Positions 8,942 to 17,769 of a DNA stretch of 64,000 bases are shown here, one piece after another (the first letter of the stretch is position 1; every line of letters begins with the position of its first letter). This stretch comes from an uncultured delta proteobacterium (GTDB taxonomy: Bacteria > Myxococcota_A > Polyangia > Polyangiales > JAFGIB01): the NCBI GenBank assembly GCA_963778655.1, contig CAVZVA010000009.1:352001-416000 (forward strand), given 5' to 3'. The position numbers and the translations under genes are program-made. Below the pieces are notes generated by a model. The model made no database searches, was not told the origin of the DNA, and was given only the letters and a program-made list of their open reading frames with translations.

Positions 8942-10015
8942 ATGCCGAGCAGCGATCGCCCCACGGGCACAAGCGAGCCCCGCAATCGCGAGCGAACCGC
9001 GGTGCGCGCGGGCCGGGTCCGCATTGCGCTCGGGGCGTTCGGGCTGCTGGTATCGTTGTTCATGCCGGGAATCGTGGCCTACCGGCCGATCTTCGCCGGC
9101 TACATGGCGCTCGCGCTGTTCTTCCAGTGGGTGATCCAGCGCCGCGTGTTCCGTACCATCACGCGCGCGCTGTTGATGGGCCTGGTCGACTTGCTGTTCA
9201 TCGGCTTCTTCGTGCAGCGTCTGGGCAGCGTCACCTCGGTGGTGCCGCTCGCCTACGTGGTGACCCCGGTGCTGTACGCGACCAGCACGCGCCGCCGCCG
9301 CATCTCGACGCTGATCGCGGTGGCGGGTGCGGCCAGCTACGCGTTGATCGTGCTGCTCGAGCAGCTCCGGGTGTTGCCTTACGCGCCGGCCGCGACCGAC
9401 GCGCTGCGTCCGGACCCGGGGACCGCGCTCGCGAGCGTGCTGTTGGTCGTGAGCTGCGCCTCGGTCACTGCCGCGCTCACCGCCCAGCTGTTTTCGGCGC
9501 TCGGTGCGGCCAACGCGCGCCTGCGCGACTTGAGCCAACACGACGAGCTGACCGGGCTGTTCAACCGGCGCTACATGATGCAACGGCTGGAAGCCGAGCT
9601 GGCCCGGCTCAAGCGCAAGGCTGGCGCGCTCACGGTGGCGATGGTGGATCTCGACGGCTTCAAGCGCGTCAACGACGAGGAGGGACACGATCTGGGTGAT
9701 GCCGTGCTCAAGGCGGTCGCGGGCGCGCTGCTCGTGGCCACGCGCCGGGCCGATGTGGTGGCGCGCTACGGCGGCGACGAGTTCTTGATCCTGCTGCCCG
9801 ATACCCAAGCCGAGGGCGCGGCGCTGGTCGGCGCGCGCGTGATCGATCTGGCGCGCGACGCGGCGCGGCGTGTTTGTCCGGCGATTCCGGTGACGGCCAG
9901 TATCGGCACCACCACGCTGCGTCCCACCGACGACCCGACCGAGATCATCCGCCGGGTCGACGAGCAGCTCTACGCGGCAAAGCGGGCCGGCGGCGACCGC
10001 GTGGTCACCGGCTAG
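8942..10015 (+). CDS. Membrane-bound diguanylate cyclase (GGDEF)
   Basis: About 5-6 hydrophobic segments; DELTGLFNRR, DLDGFK, RRAD I-site, RYGGDEF. Confidence 0.93.
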   Translation: MPSSDRPTGTSEPRNRERTAVRAGRVRIALGAFGLLVSLFMPGIVAYRPIFAGYMALALFFQWVIQRRVFRTITRALLMGLVDLLFIGFFVQRLGSVTSVVPLAYVVTPVLYATSTRRRRISTLIAVAGAASYALIVLLEQLRVLPYAPAATDALRPDPGTALASVLLVVSCASVTAALTAQLFSALGAANARLRDLSQHDELTGLFNRRYMMQRLEAELARLKRKAGALTVAMVDLDGFKRVNDEEGHDLGDAVLKAVAGALLVATRRADVVARYGGDEFLILLPDTQAEGAALVGARVIDLARDAARRVCPAIPVTASIGTTTLRPTDDPTEIIRRVDEQLYAAKRAGGDRVVTG

Positions 10016-10182
10016 AGCACCGAACATATTGAAACGTGTGCGAAGTCGAGGTCATGGCGGGATGCAGGGTGCGGGCGGGAGCCCGAAGGCGTAGTCCATC
10101 CTAGGTCGAGCGGGGAGCGCGCGTGCCATGCGCCCGCGAGGGCCCCGAAATCGTGCGTGTTTCAATATGTTCGGTGCTCTAG
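10012..10182. mobile_element. MITE-like element with 24-bp perfect terminal inverted repeats beginning CTAG
   Basis: CTAGAGCACCGAACATATTGAAAC (10012-10035) and its exact reverse complement (10159-10182); no transposase. Confidence 0.75.
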
Positions 10183-10239
10183 GGTCGCGTGACCCGAGGT
10201 AGAGCGTGGCAGTCTCGGCAGCGTGACCCTCCCGATATC

Positions 10240-10386
10240 TCAAGCCTGCCCGGCCAGCACGGTGTACACCGCACGCCCGTTGGTCCACACCGCGAGGGTC
10301 TGGTTGCCGTTGTGGGTGAGCTGCAACACCCAGCCCGGTAGGGCTGAGAAGCGTACCGCCGAGCCCTGGAGCGGATACCATTTCAT
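10240..10386 (-). CDS. Putative 48-aa small protein or gene fragment (MKWYPLQGSAVRFSALPGWVLQLTHNGNQTLAVWTNGRAVYTVLAGQA)
   Basis: ATG-TGA ORF with GC3-rich codons, below the ORF-track cutoff; no clear RBS. Confidence 0.4.
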   Translation of the reverse strand: MKWYPLQGSAVRFSALPGWVLQLTHNGNQTLAVWTNGRAVYTVLAGQA

Positions 10387-10448
10387 GCCGGGGGTCCGAT
10401 CTTGCTATCATTATGACCCAGGCGGGTACGCGAGGCCCGCTTTCGAAG

Positions 10449-11045
10449 ATGGTGCACACCGCGAGACGAAGCCGGACGCGGGCCCCACGCGTCGAGCTGA
10501 GGCGAAGCGTGCTGGCCGCTGCCTTGCTGGCCACCGTCTGCTGCAGCCGCAGCAATCCCGCGGTGCCGGGTCTCGACGGCAAGCTGGTGAGCCCGCTGGC
10601 GCGGCACGCGCCGGCCACCGTGCTGGTGTTCACCTCGACCGAGTGCCCGATCTCCAACCAGTTCGCGCCCGAGCTGGTCCGCATCCGCGACGAGTTCAAG
10701 GCCCGCGGCGTCTCGATGTGGCTGGTCTACCCGAGCCACCTCGACAACGTGGCCAAGATCCGCAAGCACGTGCAGGAGTACCACTACGACCTGCCCGCGC
10801 TGCGCGATCCCGAGCACATGCTGGTGAAGCGTGCGGAGGCGACGGTGACGCCCGAGGCTGCGGTCTTCGACAAGGACGGCTCGCTCGCATACGCGGGCCG
10901 CATCGACGACCGCTACGTCTCGCTCGGCCGGGCCCGGCCCGCGCCGACGCGGCACGATCTGGAGAGCGCGCTTTCGGCCGTGCTCGCCGGCCACGCGGTG
11001 CGTCCCGATCGCACCCGTCCGGTCGGCTGCTGGATCGCCGACTGA
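10449..11045 (+). CDS. Exported redoxin / thioredoxin-fold (AhpC-TSA-like) protein
   Basis: Signal peptide; VLVFTSTECPISN, TVTPEAAV, YAGRIDD, PVGCWI. Confidence 0.85.
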   Translation: MVHTARRSRTRAPRVELRRSVLAAALLATVCCSRSNPAVPGLDGKLVSPLARHAPATVLVFTSTECPISNQFAPELVRIRDEFKARGVSMWLVYPSHLDNVAKIRKHVQEYHYDLPALRDPEHMLVKRAEATVTPEAAVFDKDGSLAYAGRIDDRYVSLGRARPAPTRHDLESALSAVLAGHAVRPDRTRPVGCWIAD

Positions 11046-11249
11046 TCTCGGTCGCCATCCGTACGCGGGCGAGCTCGAACCGAAGATCTACAGGAAGCCG
11101 GACCAAATGACCGATCACGATTCGGGAACGGCCATGCCGATCGGTCATGTAGCGGTGCGGCGGATGCCGCACCACCGCGAGAGGGTGAATGCGCGAGGCT
11201 TTGCCCCGCGCACAGGAAGTCGGCGCGACTCCCTGACAATCAGAGGAGA

Positions 11250-11292
11250 AATCAGAGTTTGCGATTCGATCCCGAATCGCGAGCTCTGATTT
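11250..11292. terminator. Strong hairpin between convergent genes (bidirectional terminator candidate)
   Basis: AAATCAGAGTTTGCGATTCG / CGAATCGCGAGCTCTGATTT, about 20-bp stem with two G-U positions. Confidence 0.6.
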
Positions 11293-13084
11293 AGCGCGCG
11301 GCGGGCGGGTGCCGCGCAGTGGCGAGCGCGGCCAGACCGGCTTCTGCCGCTCGCCACGCCGGGCGCAGCCGCAACGCTTCGGCATAATGTGTGCGCGCCG
11401 CCTCCAGCTTGCCGCGACCGCGCAGCGCGTCGGCGAGCATCACGTGCGCCAGCGCGTCGCGCGGGTCCCGCTGCAGCACGGCGTCCAGCTGGCCCAGCGC
11501 CTCGTCCACGCGTCCCAGGCGCTCGAGCGCGTTGGCCAGGGCCAAGTGCGCCTGCACATCGAGCGGCGCGAGCGCGACCGCAGTCTGCAGCTCGGGCACC
11601 GCCTCGGCCGGCTCGTCGATCGCGAGCAGCACGCCGGCCAGGTTGTAGTGCGCGGGCTTGAGCTTCGGGTCCATCGCGATCGCGGCGTGGTATTCGGCGA
11701 TCGCTTCGGCGTTCTTGCCTTGCCGCGCCAGCGCGTTGGCCAGGTTGTAGTGCGTCTCGGGGCTGCGCGCGCGGGAGAGCTGGCGGCGGTACTTCGATTC
11801 CAGCAGCACGTCGAGCTCGGCCGGCCGCACGGGCATCGCCTGAAAGGTCACGTTGCCCATCTCGTCGGTCGAGTTCACTCCGTCGCGCACGCGCTTGGGC
11901 GGGCGGTTGGGGTTGCGCACGTTGTCGGAGGAGTTGTCGTAGGTGAACTCCATCTGCAGCGTGCTGCCCGCCGGCAGCAGCGGCGGCGAGACGTAGTCGA
12001 ATTCGTCCTGCCAGTTGAAGTCCCAGTCGTCGATCTCCAGCAGCGGTAGCCTGCTGCCGTCGGGCAGCGTCGACCAGATCCGCATCTTGCGCGCCAGGTA
12101 ATGCGCGTGGGGAAACATCCCGAGGATGCGCACGGGCGCCGGCAGCGTGTACGAGTCGGTCATGCGGTAGTGCTTTTCGCCGGGCGGGATGTCGATCGGA
12201 AGATCGCCGATGCGCACCGAGTAGCGCCGCTGCGTCGGCGGCACGTCCGAGAAGTACAGCGCGATCTGAGGATCGATGCGCTCGGGCTTGCCGAGGCGCT
12301 GCATGTGCAGCTGCAAGACCAGATCGGTGTGCGCGTCGAGCCGCCAGGCGGAGCCGTCGTGAACGCGCGCGGCCGACTTGCCTGGAGCCCACACCAGGTA
12401 GAAGCCATCGGGCGCCTGGGCGCCGTCGAACTCCATCGCGCCGAACCCAGGCCCGGGGTCGGCCGCGTCCGCGCGCCGCGCATTGCCCATGCGGTCGACT
12501 TTGAGGATCGCGTGGTGAACCGCTCGGCTCCCGGGTTTCAGCTCCCAGGCCACCACGTACTTCAGGCTCTCGACCGGCGACGCGATCACGAAATTGCGGT
12601 ATTCGTCCTGGCCGCTCGGGCCCAGCACGTAGGGCGTGTCCAGATGCACCACCGCGTCCGGCTCGCCCAGCTGGAAATCCTTCGGCCACTTCGGCATGGG
12701 CGGCAGGTCGGCCGGGTCGCCCTCGATCATGCCGTCGTCGACCCAGCGCCGGAACAGCGCGATCTGGGATGCCTTCAGCGAGCGATCGCCGATGAACCTG
12801 CCGTTGCGGTCGGAAGGCTTCCACGGCGGCATGTAGCGGTCTTCGACCACGTCCGCGATGTCGTGGCCGTGCTCGCGGTAGTCGGCGTAGGTGAGCAAGC
12901 TGAACGGTCCGGATTGACCGGGTCGATGGCAGACCGCGCAGCGTGCGAAGGCCAGCGGCGCGATGTCCCGGGTGAAGGTCACCCGCATGCTCGCACGGTA
13001 GACCAGCGCCACGGCCACCCAGGCCCCGCATGCCGCCAGCGCGGCCGCCGCAAGCCGCGCGCGCCGGCCCGCCACCGCCTTCAT
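11291..13084 (-). CDS. Heme-c + copper type II (PHM/DBH-like) monooxygenase-domain + TPR protein
   Basis: Membrane anchor; CAVCH; VHHAIL, LQLHM, FPHAHY, WDFNWQ, DEMG; C-terminal TPRs (HYNLANAL). Confidence 0.8.
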   Translation of the reverse strand: MKAVAGRRARLAAAALAACGAWVAVALVYRASMRVTFTRDIAPLAFARCAVCHRPGQSGPFSLLTYADYREHGHDIADVVEDRYMPPWKPSDRNGRFIGDRSLKASQIALFRRWVDDGMIEGDPADLPPMPKWPKDFQLGEPDAVVHLDTPYVLGPSGQDEYRNFVIASPVESLKYVVAWELKPGSRAVHHAILKVDRMGNARRADAADPGPGFGAMEFDGAQAPDGFYLVWAPGKSAARVHDGSAWRLDAHTDLVLQLHMQRLGKPERIDPQIALYFSDVPPTQRRYSVRIGDLPIDIPPGEKHYRMTDSYTLPAPVRILGMFPHAHYLARKMRIWSTLPDGSRLPLLEIDDWDFNWQDEFDYVSPPLLPAGSTLQMEFTYDNSSDNVRNPNRPPKRVRDGVNSTDEMGNVTFQAMPVRPAELDVLLESKYRRQLSRARSPETHYNLANALARQGKNAEAIAEYHAAIAMDPKLKPAHYNLAGVLLAIDEPAEAVPELQTAVALAPLDVQAHLALANALERLGRVDEALGQLDAVLQRDPRDALAHVMLADALRGRGKLEAARTHYAEALRLRPAWRAAEAGLAALATARHPPAAR

Positions 13085-13151
13085 GATTGCCCGTGCAGCA
13101 TGATCCTTCCGCGATTGTACACCGCCTGCCGCCGGGCCCGCCTCTTACGGA

Positions 13152-13899
13152 TCACGGCTTGCGCAGCAGCACGTAGTCGTTGAGCCGGTCGCTCTTGCCG
13201 TCCGCGCGGAAGCGCTGAAGCGGCGCGAGGGCGAGCGGCGGAAGCAGGCGGTCGAGCTCGGCTTCGTCGACGAAATGACAGTAGCGCAGGGCATCGCCTG
13301 CGGCGCCCCAGCGCAGCAGCGCGTCGCCCGGCTCGAGCTCGTCCTGGTCGAGCGAGAGCTCGGGCCGCAGCGCGCCGATTTCCTCGGGCGTGAGCCGCCG
13401 CCGGGCAAAGCGTCGAATCCTGATCGAGGCGATACAGCGTGAACGCGAGCACGCCGCCCGGAGCCAGGCGCCGCGCCGCCGCCTGCAGTAGCGCGCCCCG
13501 CGTCCGCTCACCGGGCACGTGCAACAGCACACCCAGCAGCGCCACCAGCTCGTTCTCGCCGTCGGGCAGCGCGCGCTCGGCCGGCTGCGCGACGAAGTCG
13601 CAGCGCTGCAGCTGCACCTCCGGCTGCGGGTGGTGGGTGCGAGCCCGCGAGAGCAACTCCGCGCTGGCGTCGACGCCGTGATAGGTCAGCTCGCGACCAA
13701 AGCGCTCGCGCAGCGCGAGCAGCAAGCGCGCGTTGCCGCAACCGATGTCGAGCACCCGCGGCGCGGCCCCGGGCACGGCCGCGACCACCCGGCTCATGCC
13801 GCGCCACGGCCGGCTGCGCGTGCGGCTGAACGCCTCGGCGTGCTCGCGGTAGAACGCCAGGTTGATCGCGTTGAGCCGCTCGCAGGTCGCTGGCGTCAT
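13152..13899 (-). CDS. Class I SAM-dependent methyltransferase, Trm9/ALKBH8-like; +1 frameshift near 13416
   Basis: FYREHAEAFSRTRSRPW, VLDIGCGNAR, LLHVP, LAPGG in one frame; GDALLRW and LRYCHFVDEAEL in the next frame. Confidence 0.78.
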
Positions 13900-13924
13900 G
13901 GTGCGCGCTTGCGCGGCGTCGCAG

Positions 13925-15748
13925 TCAGCCGCGCTGGCGCTCGTCGTTGCCCGTGCCCTTTGCGGTCAGCGTGCTTCCCCACGGCAGAGCGCGGAGCAAC
14001 GCCGCGCCCCGCTCGCGCAGCTCGGACGAGAGCTTGCGTCGGGTCGCGCGCACGAAGGCTTGGCTCAGCTCGAGCGCCGACTGGAAGCGGTCGTCGGGGT
14101 CCTTGGCCAGCGCGATCGCCATCACGAAATCGAGCTCCGCCGGGATCCCGCGCCCGGCGGCACTCGGCCGTTTGGGCATCTTGTAGACGATGTCGAACAT
14201 GATCTGCGGCGTGCCGTCGCCCGGAAACGCGGGCTGGCCGGTCATCGCGCGGTAGAGCACCACCGCCATCGAGAACAGGTCGCTGCGATGGTCGACCTTG
14301 GCTCCACGTGCCTGCTCGGGAGACATGTAGCCCGGCGTGCCCACCACTCCCTCCTGGGTGAGCGTGCCGCCGGAGCTGGCGAGCTTGGAGATGCCGAAGT
14401 CGAGGATCTTCCAGCGCGTCCCACCGTCCTGGTCGGCTTCGTAGATGTTGAGCGGCTTGAGGTCCCGGTGGACGATGCCGGCCTCATGCGCGTGCTGCAG
14501 GCCTGCGCCGAGCTCGGAGGCCAGCCGCGCCAGCTCGGGCAGCGCGAGCTGGCCTTCCTGGCGCAGGCGCGCCGCGAGGTCGCGGCCGTGCAGCAATTCC
14601 ATCGTCAAGTACGGCGCGCCGTCGTCCAGCCGACCGACCTCGAACACGCGCACCACGTGTGGGCTGTCGAGCCGACTGCTGAGCGCGCCTTCACGCATGA
14701 TCCGCTCGACCAGGTCGTCGCGCGCGAGCGCCGTGGCCTGGAGCAGCTTGACCGCTGCGCGGCTCGCGTCGCCGACGTGCTCGGCGGCGTAGACCTCGCC
14801 GATCGCGCCCACCCCGATCACGATGCCCAGGCGATGCTCTCCGGCGAGCGCTCCGGTATAGCGGCCGGGCTTGCCGATGGCGACCCGCAAGGCGCGGTCG
14901 AGCTGATGGTGGGCTTCCGCGAGCTGGGCCTCACGCTGCTGCGCGACCAACAACGCCTCGTTCGAGCGCTCGATCGCCTGACGCATGGCCCTGCGCGAGA
15001 TGCGCGCCATCCCGAAGGTCACCAGTAGGATGGCGGTGACGGCTACGACCCCGAAGATGCGCGAGGCGAAGGCGCTGTCCTGCGCCGAAAACAAGCCCCG
15101 ATCGTCGAGCACGCCGAGCGCGGTGAGCAACGAAAGCGTGGTGTAGCTCAGGGTCACGAACATCGGCAGCAGCGTCGAGTGGATGCGGTCCGAGGATTGG
15201 CTGAGGTAGTAGATCCCGAGCGCCAGCACCACCGGCACCGGCGAGAAGAATCCCATGTAGTTTTCGACGAAGATGATCGACAGCGACACCGTCCAGCCGT
15301 AGACGCGATACACCCGGACGCCGTAGCGCGTCCGGTCCAGGGGCGGACGGGTGCGGCGCCACACCCAGATCGAGGCCAGCGCGATCACGATCAGGGCCGC
15401 TTCGCACAACGCCTTGCTGATCGGGTCGCCTCCGAGTAGCGGCAGCAGGGCCGCCACGCCGCCCGACACGAACGGAATCGCGACGGCAAAGCCGTGCACG
15501 CGCGTGGCTTCCTCCTCGAGCATCACCTCGGCCATCGCCGCCCCGGTCATGCTCGAGCCGGACGCAGAGCGCGCCGATGGGCCTTCGCTTCCGGCCTCGG
15601 ACGCCGACTCCGGCGAGCGGGCAATCACCCCCCGGGCGCTGCGGATCTCGCTGGCCGGCGGAGAACCGGAACGGAAGCGCCCCACGCGGCGTGCAACTGT
15701 CGCGGCTTCGTCATCGTCGTCCGGGGCGGGACCGTTTTCGCGCGTCAT
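13925..15748 (-). CDS. Membrane-associated Ser/Thr protein kinase
   Basis: N-terminal TM region; IGVGAIGEVY, AAVK, HRDLKPLN, DFG, GTPGYMSPE. Confidence 0.92.
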   Translation of the reverse strand: MTRENGPAPDDDDEAATVARRVGRFRSGSPPASEIRSARGVIARSPESASEAGSEGPSARSASGSSMTGAAMAEVMLEEEATRVHGFAVAIPFVSGGVAALLPLLGGDPISKALCEAALIVIALASIWVWRRTRPPLDRTRYGVRVYRVYGWTVSLSIIFVENYMGFFSPVPVVLALGIYYLSQSSDRIHSTLLPMFVTLSYTTLSLLTALGVLDDRGLFSAQDSAFASRIFGVVAVTAILLVTFGMARISRRAMRQAIERSNEALLVAQQREAQLAEAHHQLDRALRVAIGKPGRYTGALAGEHRLGIVIGVGAIGEVYAAEHVGDASRAAVKLLQATALARDDLVERIMREGALSSRLDSPHVVRVFEVGRLDDGAPYLTMELLHGRDLAARLRQEGQLALPELARLASELGAGLQHAHEAGIVHRDLKPLNIYEADQDGGTRWKILDFGISKLASSGGTLTQEGVVGTPGYMSPEQARGAKVDHRSDLFSMAVVLYRAMTGQPAFPGDGTPQIMFDIVYKMPKRPSAAGRGIPAELDFVMAIALAKDPDDRFQSALELSQAFVRATRRKLSSELRERGAALLRALPWGSTLTAKGTGNDERQRG

Positions 15749-15922
15749 GGGCCCCGGGTCCCCTTGCGGCGCCGCGCGCGGGAGGGGACCTTCACCTTTC
15801 CCCCCAATTGCAAGCAGCGCGGCCCAACGGGGCGCTCTGGCGAACAAGCCATCTTGGGGCAGTATACAACGCCCGCGACTCCCAGGACACGGACTCGTAC
15901 GACGGTGGCGGTAGGTGTGTGC

Positions 15923-17660
15923 TCAGCGCGAACGCCGCCTGCGGCGAGCCGCGCACGCGAGCAGCAGCGCTGGGAACAACGCAGCCCCGATCGGAGGCGC
16001 ACTACCCGCACCGATGCGACACGAGCAGCCGCCGCCGTCGCCGGTCGTGGAAACGTTCGGGGCGTCCGCTGCCCCGCTGCTCGCCGTCCCCGGCGCGAGC
16101 GCAGCGGCCCCACCGCTCGCACCTCCGCCGAGCACGGGTCCGGGGACGCCGCCCGTGGCACCGCCTCCCAATCCGCCCGTGCCGCCCGTCGCCAGGAGGC
16201 TGGCCCCGCCGGCTCCCCCGGCCGCTGCGGCTCCTGCTCCCGCCGCGTCGGCTCCGCCCGCTCCACCCATCGCGGCACCTACACCGGTGCCGCCGGCGCC
16301 CGCACCGGCGGTACCGCCCGCGCCGCTGGTGCCGCCCGCACCGCCCGCTCCGCCGCTTGCGACCAGGCCGGTTTCGAATGCGCCGAGATCCGGGGCCGCG
16401 CCCGCAAAGGGCAGGCCGATGTCCGTGCCCTTGTCGATCAGGTCGCTGCCGGCCGCGAGCTTCATGAACGCCACGTCGGGCAGGCTCCCATCGGGCTTTC
16501 GCGCAGCGTCCATTCCGGTCGAATCCACGCTCTGGAAGTCGTCGTCCGCGACCGTCACGGGCAAGCTCCACGAGCTCGAGGCGTCGTCGACGCCGCTCGC
16601 GTTGGCCGTCAGCGTGCCGCCATAGGCGAGGTCGTTGCGCAGGATGCCCACGTTCCCGTTCAGCCCGAGCAGGTTGAAGTTCGACGAGCGATTGCGATAT
16701 GCGGTGTCGTTGTCGAAGTAGACGGCAACCGGATGGTGATTCGAGTAGAAGCCGTTGGCTCGGTTCATGAAGGCCACGCAGAAGCGGATGATGTGGCTGG
16801 GCGGGCTCGCCGGCACGTTGGTCGCGGGCAGGCCGTAGCCTCCTCCCTTGAAGCCATTGCCATCGCCCTTGGCCGTCATCGCGTCGGGCTGGTAACCGTT
16901 GTTCCATGCCCATGAAATTCTCGACCGTCACGGCTTCCTGCGCCTGGATGAAGTCGAAGCCGTCGTCGCTGTTCCACCACGCGCGGCAGCCTCGAAACAC
17001 GTTTCCCGTGTCGCCCGTGCCGATGTGGCACCCGAAGCCGTCTGCGTTGGTGCCGTCGCCGCTGGACGATTTCGGGTCGTAGTTGTGGTGCGAGTCGCAG
17101 TTGAGCACCAGGTTGTTGCCGCCCTTGGCGACGAACAGCCCGGGCCCCATGTTGTGGTGCAGGTCGAGGGTTTCGAACACGTTGTTGCTGCCTGTGTTGT
17201 AGATCCCCCACGACTCGTGCTGGGTGGTGAGATTCTGCGGCACTCCCTTCAGCTCCAGCCCCTTGAGGTGGATGAAGCTCGCCGTCACCCGAAATCCCGT
17301 GATGCGCGCCGCCGCCGTCATACCGAAGAAATCGAAGATCGGCTTCTCGCCGGGATAGGCGACGTAGCTGATCGGCTTGCCGGATTGACCGCTCTTGCTG
17401 AGCACGACCGCGTCGGCGTCGGTCGAGCTCGCGTACACGTAGGTGCCGCCGCGGAAGTACACCGTGTCACCGGGTGATGCGGCGGCCTGGGCCTGCTGCA
17501 TGGTCGCGAAGGGTTGGGTCTCGGTGCCGGGGGCCGACGCGCTTCCCGTAGGAGCGACGTAGAAGTCGTCGGCCCGGGCGGGCGTGGACGCGAGCAAGAT
17601 CGAGCCGCAGCATGCGGTTACCCAGAGCGCTCGCGCCACCATCGTATGCCGGCTCCGCAT
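15923..17660 (-). CDS. PL9-like pectate lyase (right-handed beta-helix) with Gly-rich linker and MYXO-CTERM tail; +1 frameshift at 16915-16917
   Basis: YVAPTG, NADGFG, RAWWNSDDGFD, GDGNGFK, APDLGAFE; GGGCSC + TM + RRRRR. Deleting one T restores ENSWAWNNGY. Confidence 0.85.
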
Positions 17661-17769
17661 GGGGTCTGCAAGACTGGTGTCCCGCGCCCGCCGATCCGGG
17701 CCAGAATTCTTTCGTGGAAGGGCGCGTGCGCCACGCCCGGCGTGGACAGCCCGAGCGAAATGGCGTTCC

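Noticed and set aside
15915..16625. Pro-rich + strand ORF
   Set aside because: Mirror of the Gly-rich linker of the minus-strand lyase
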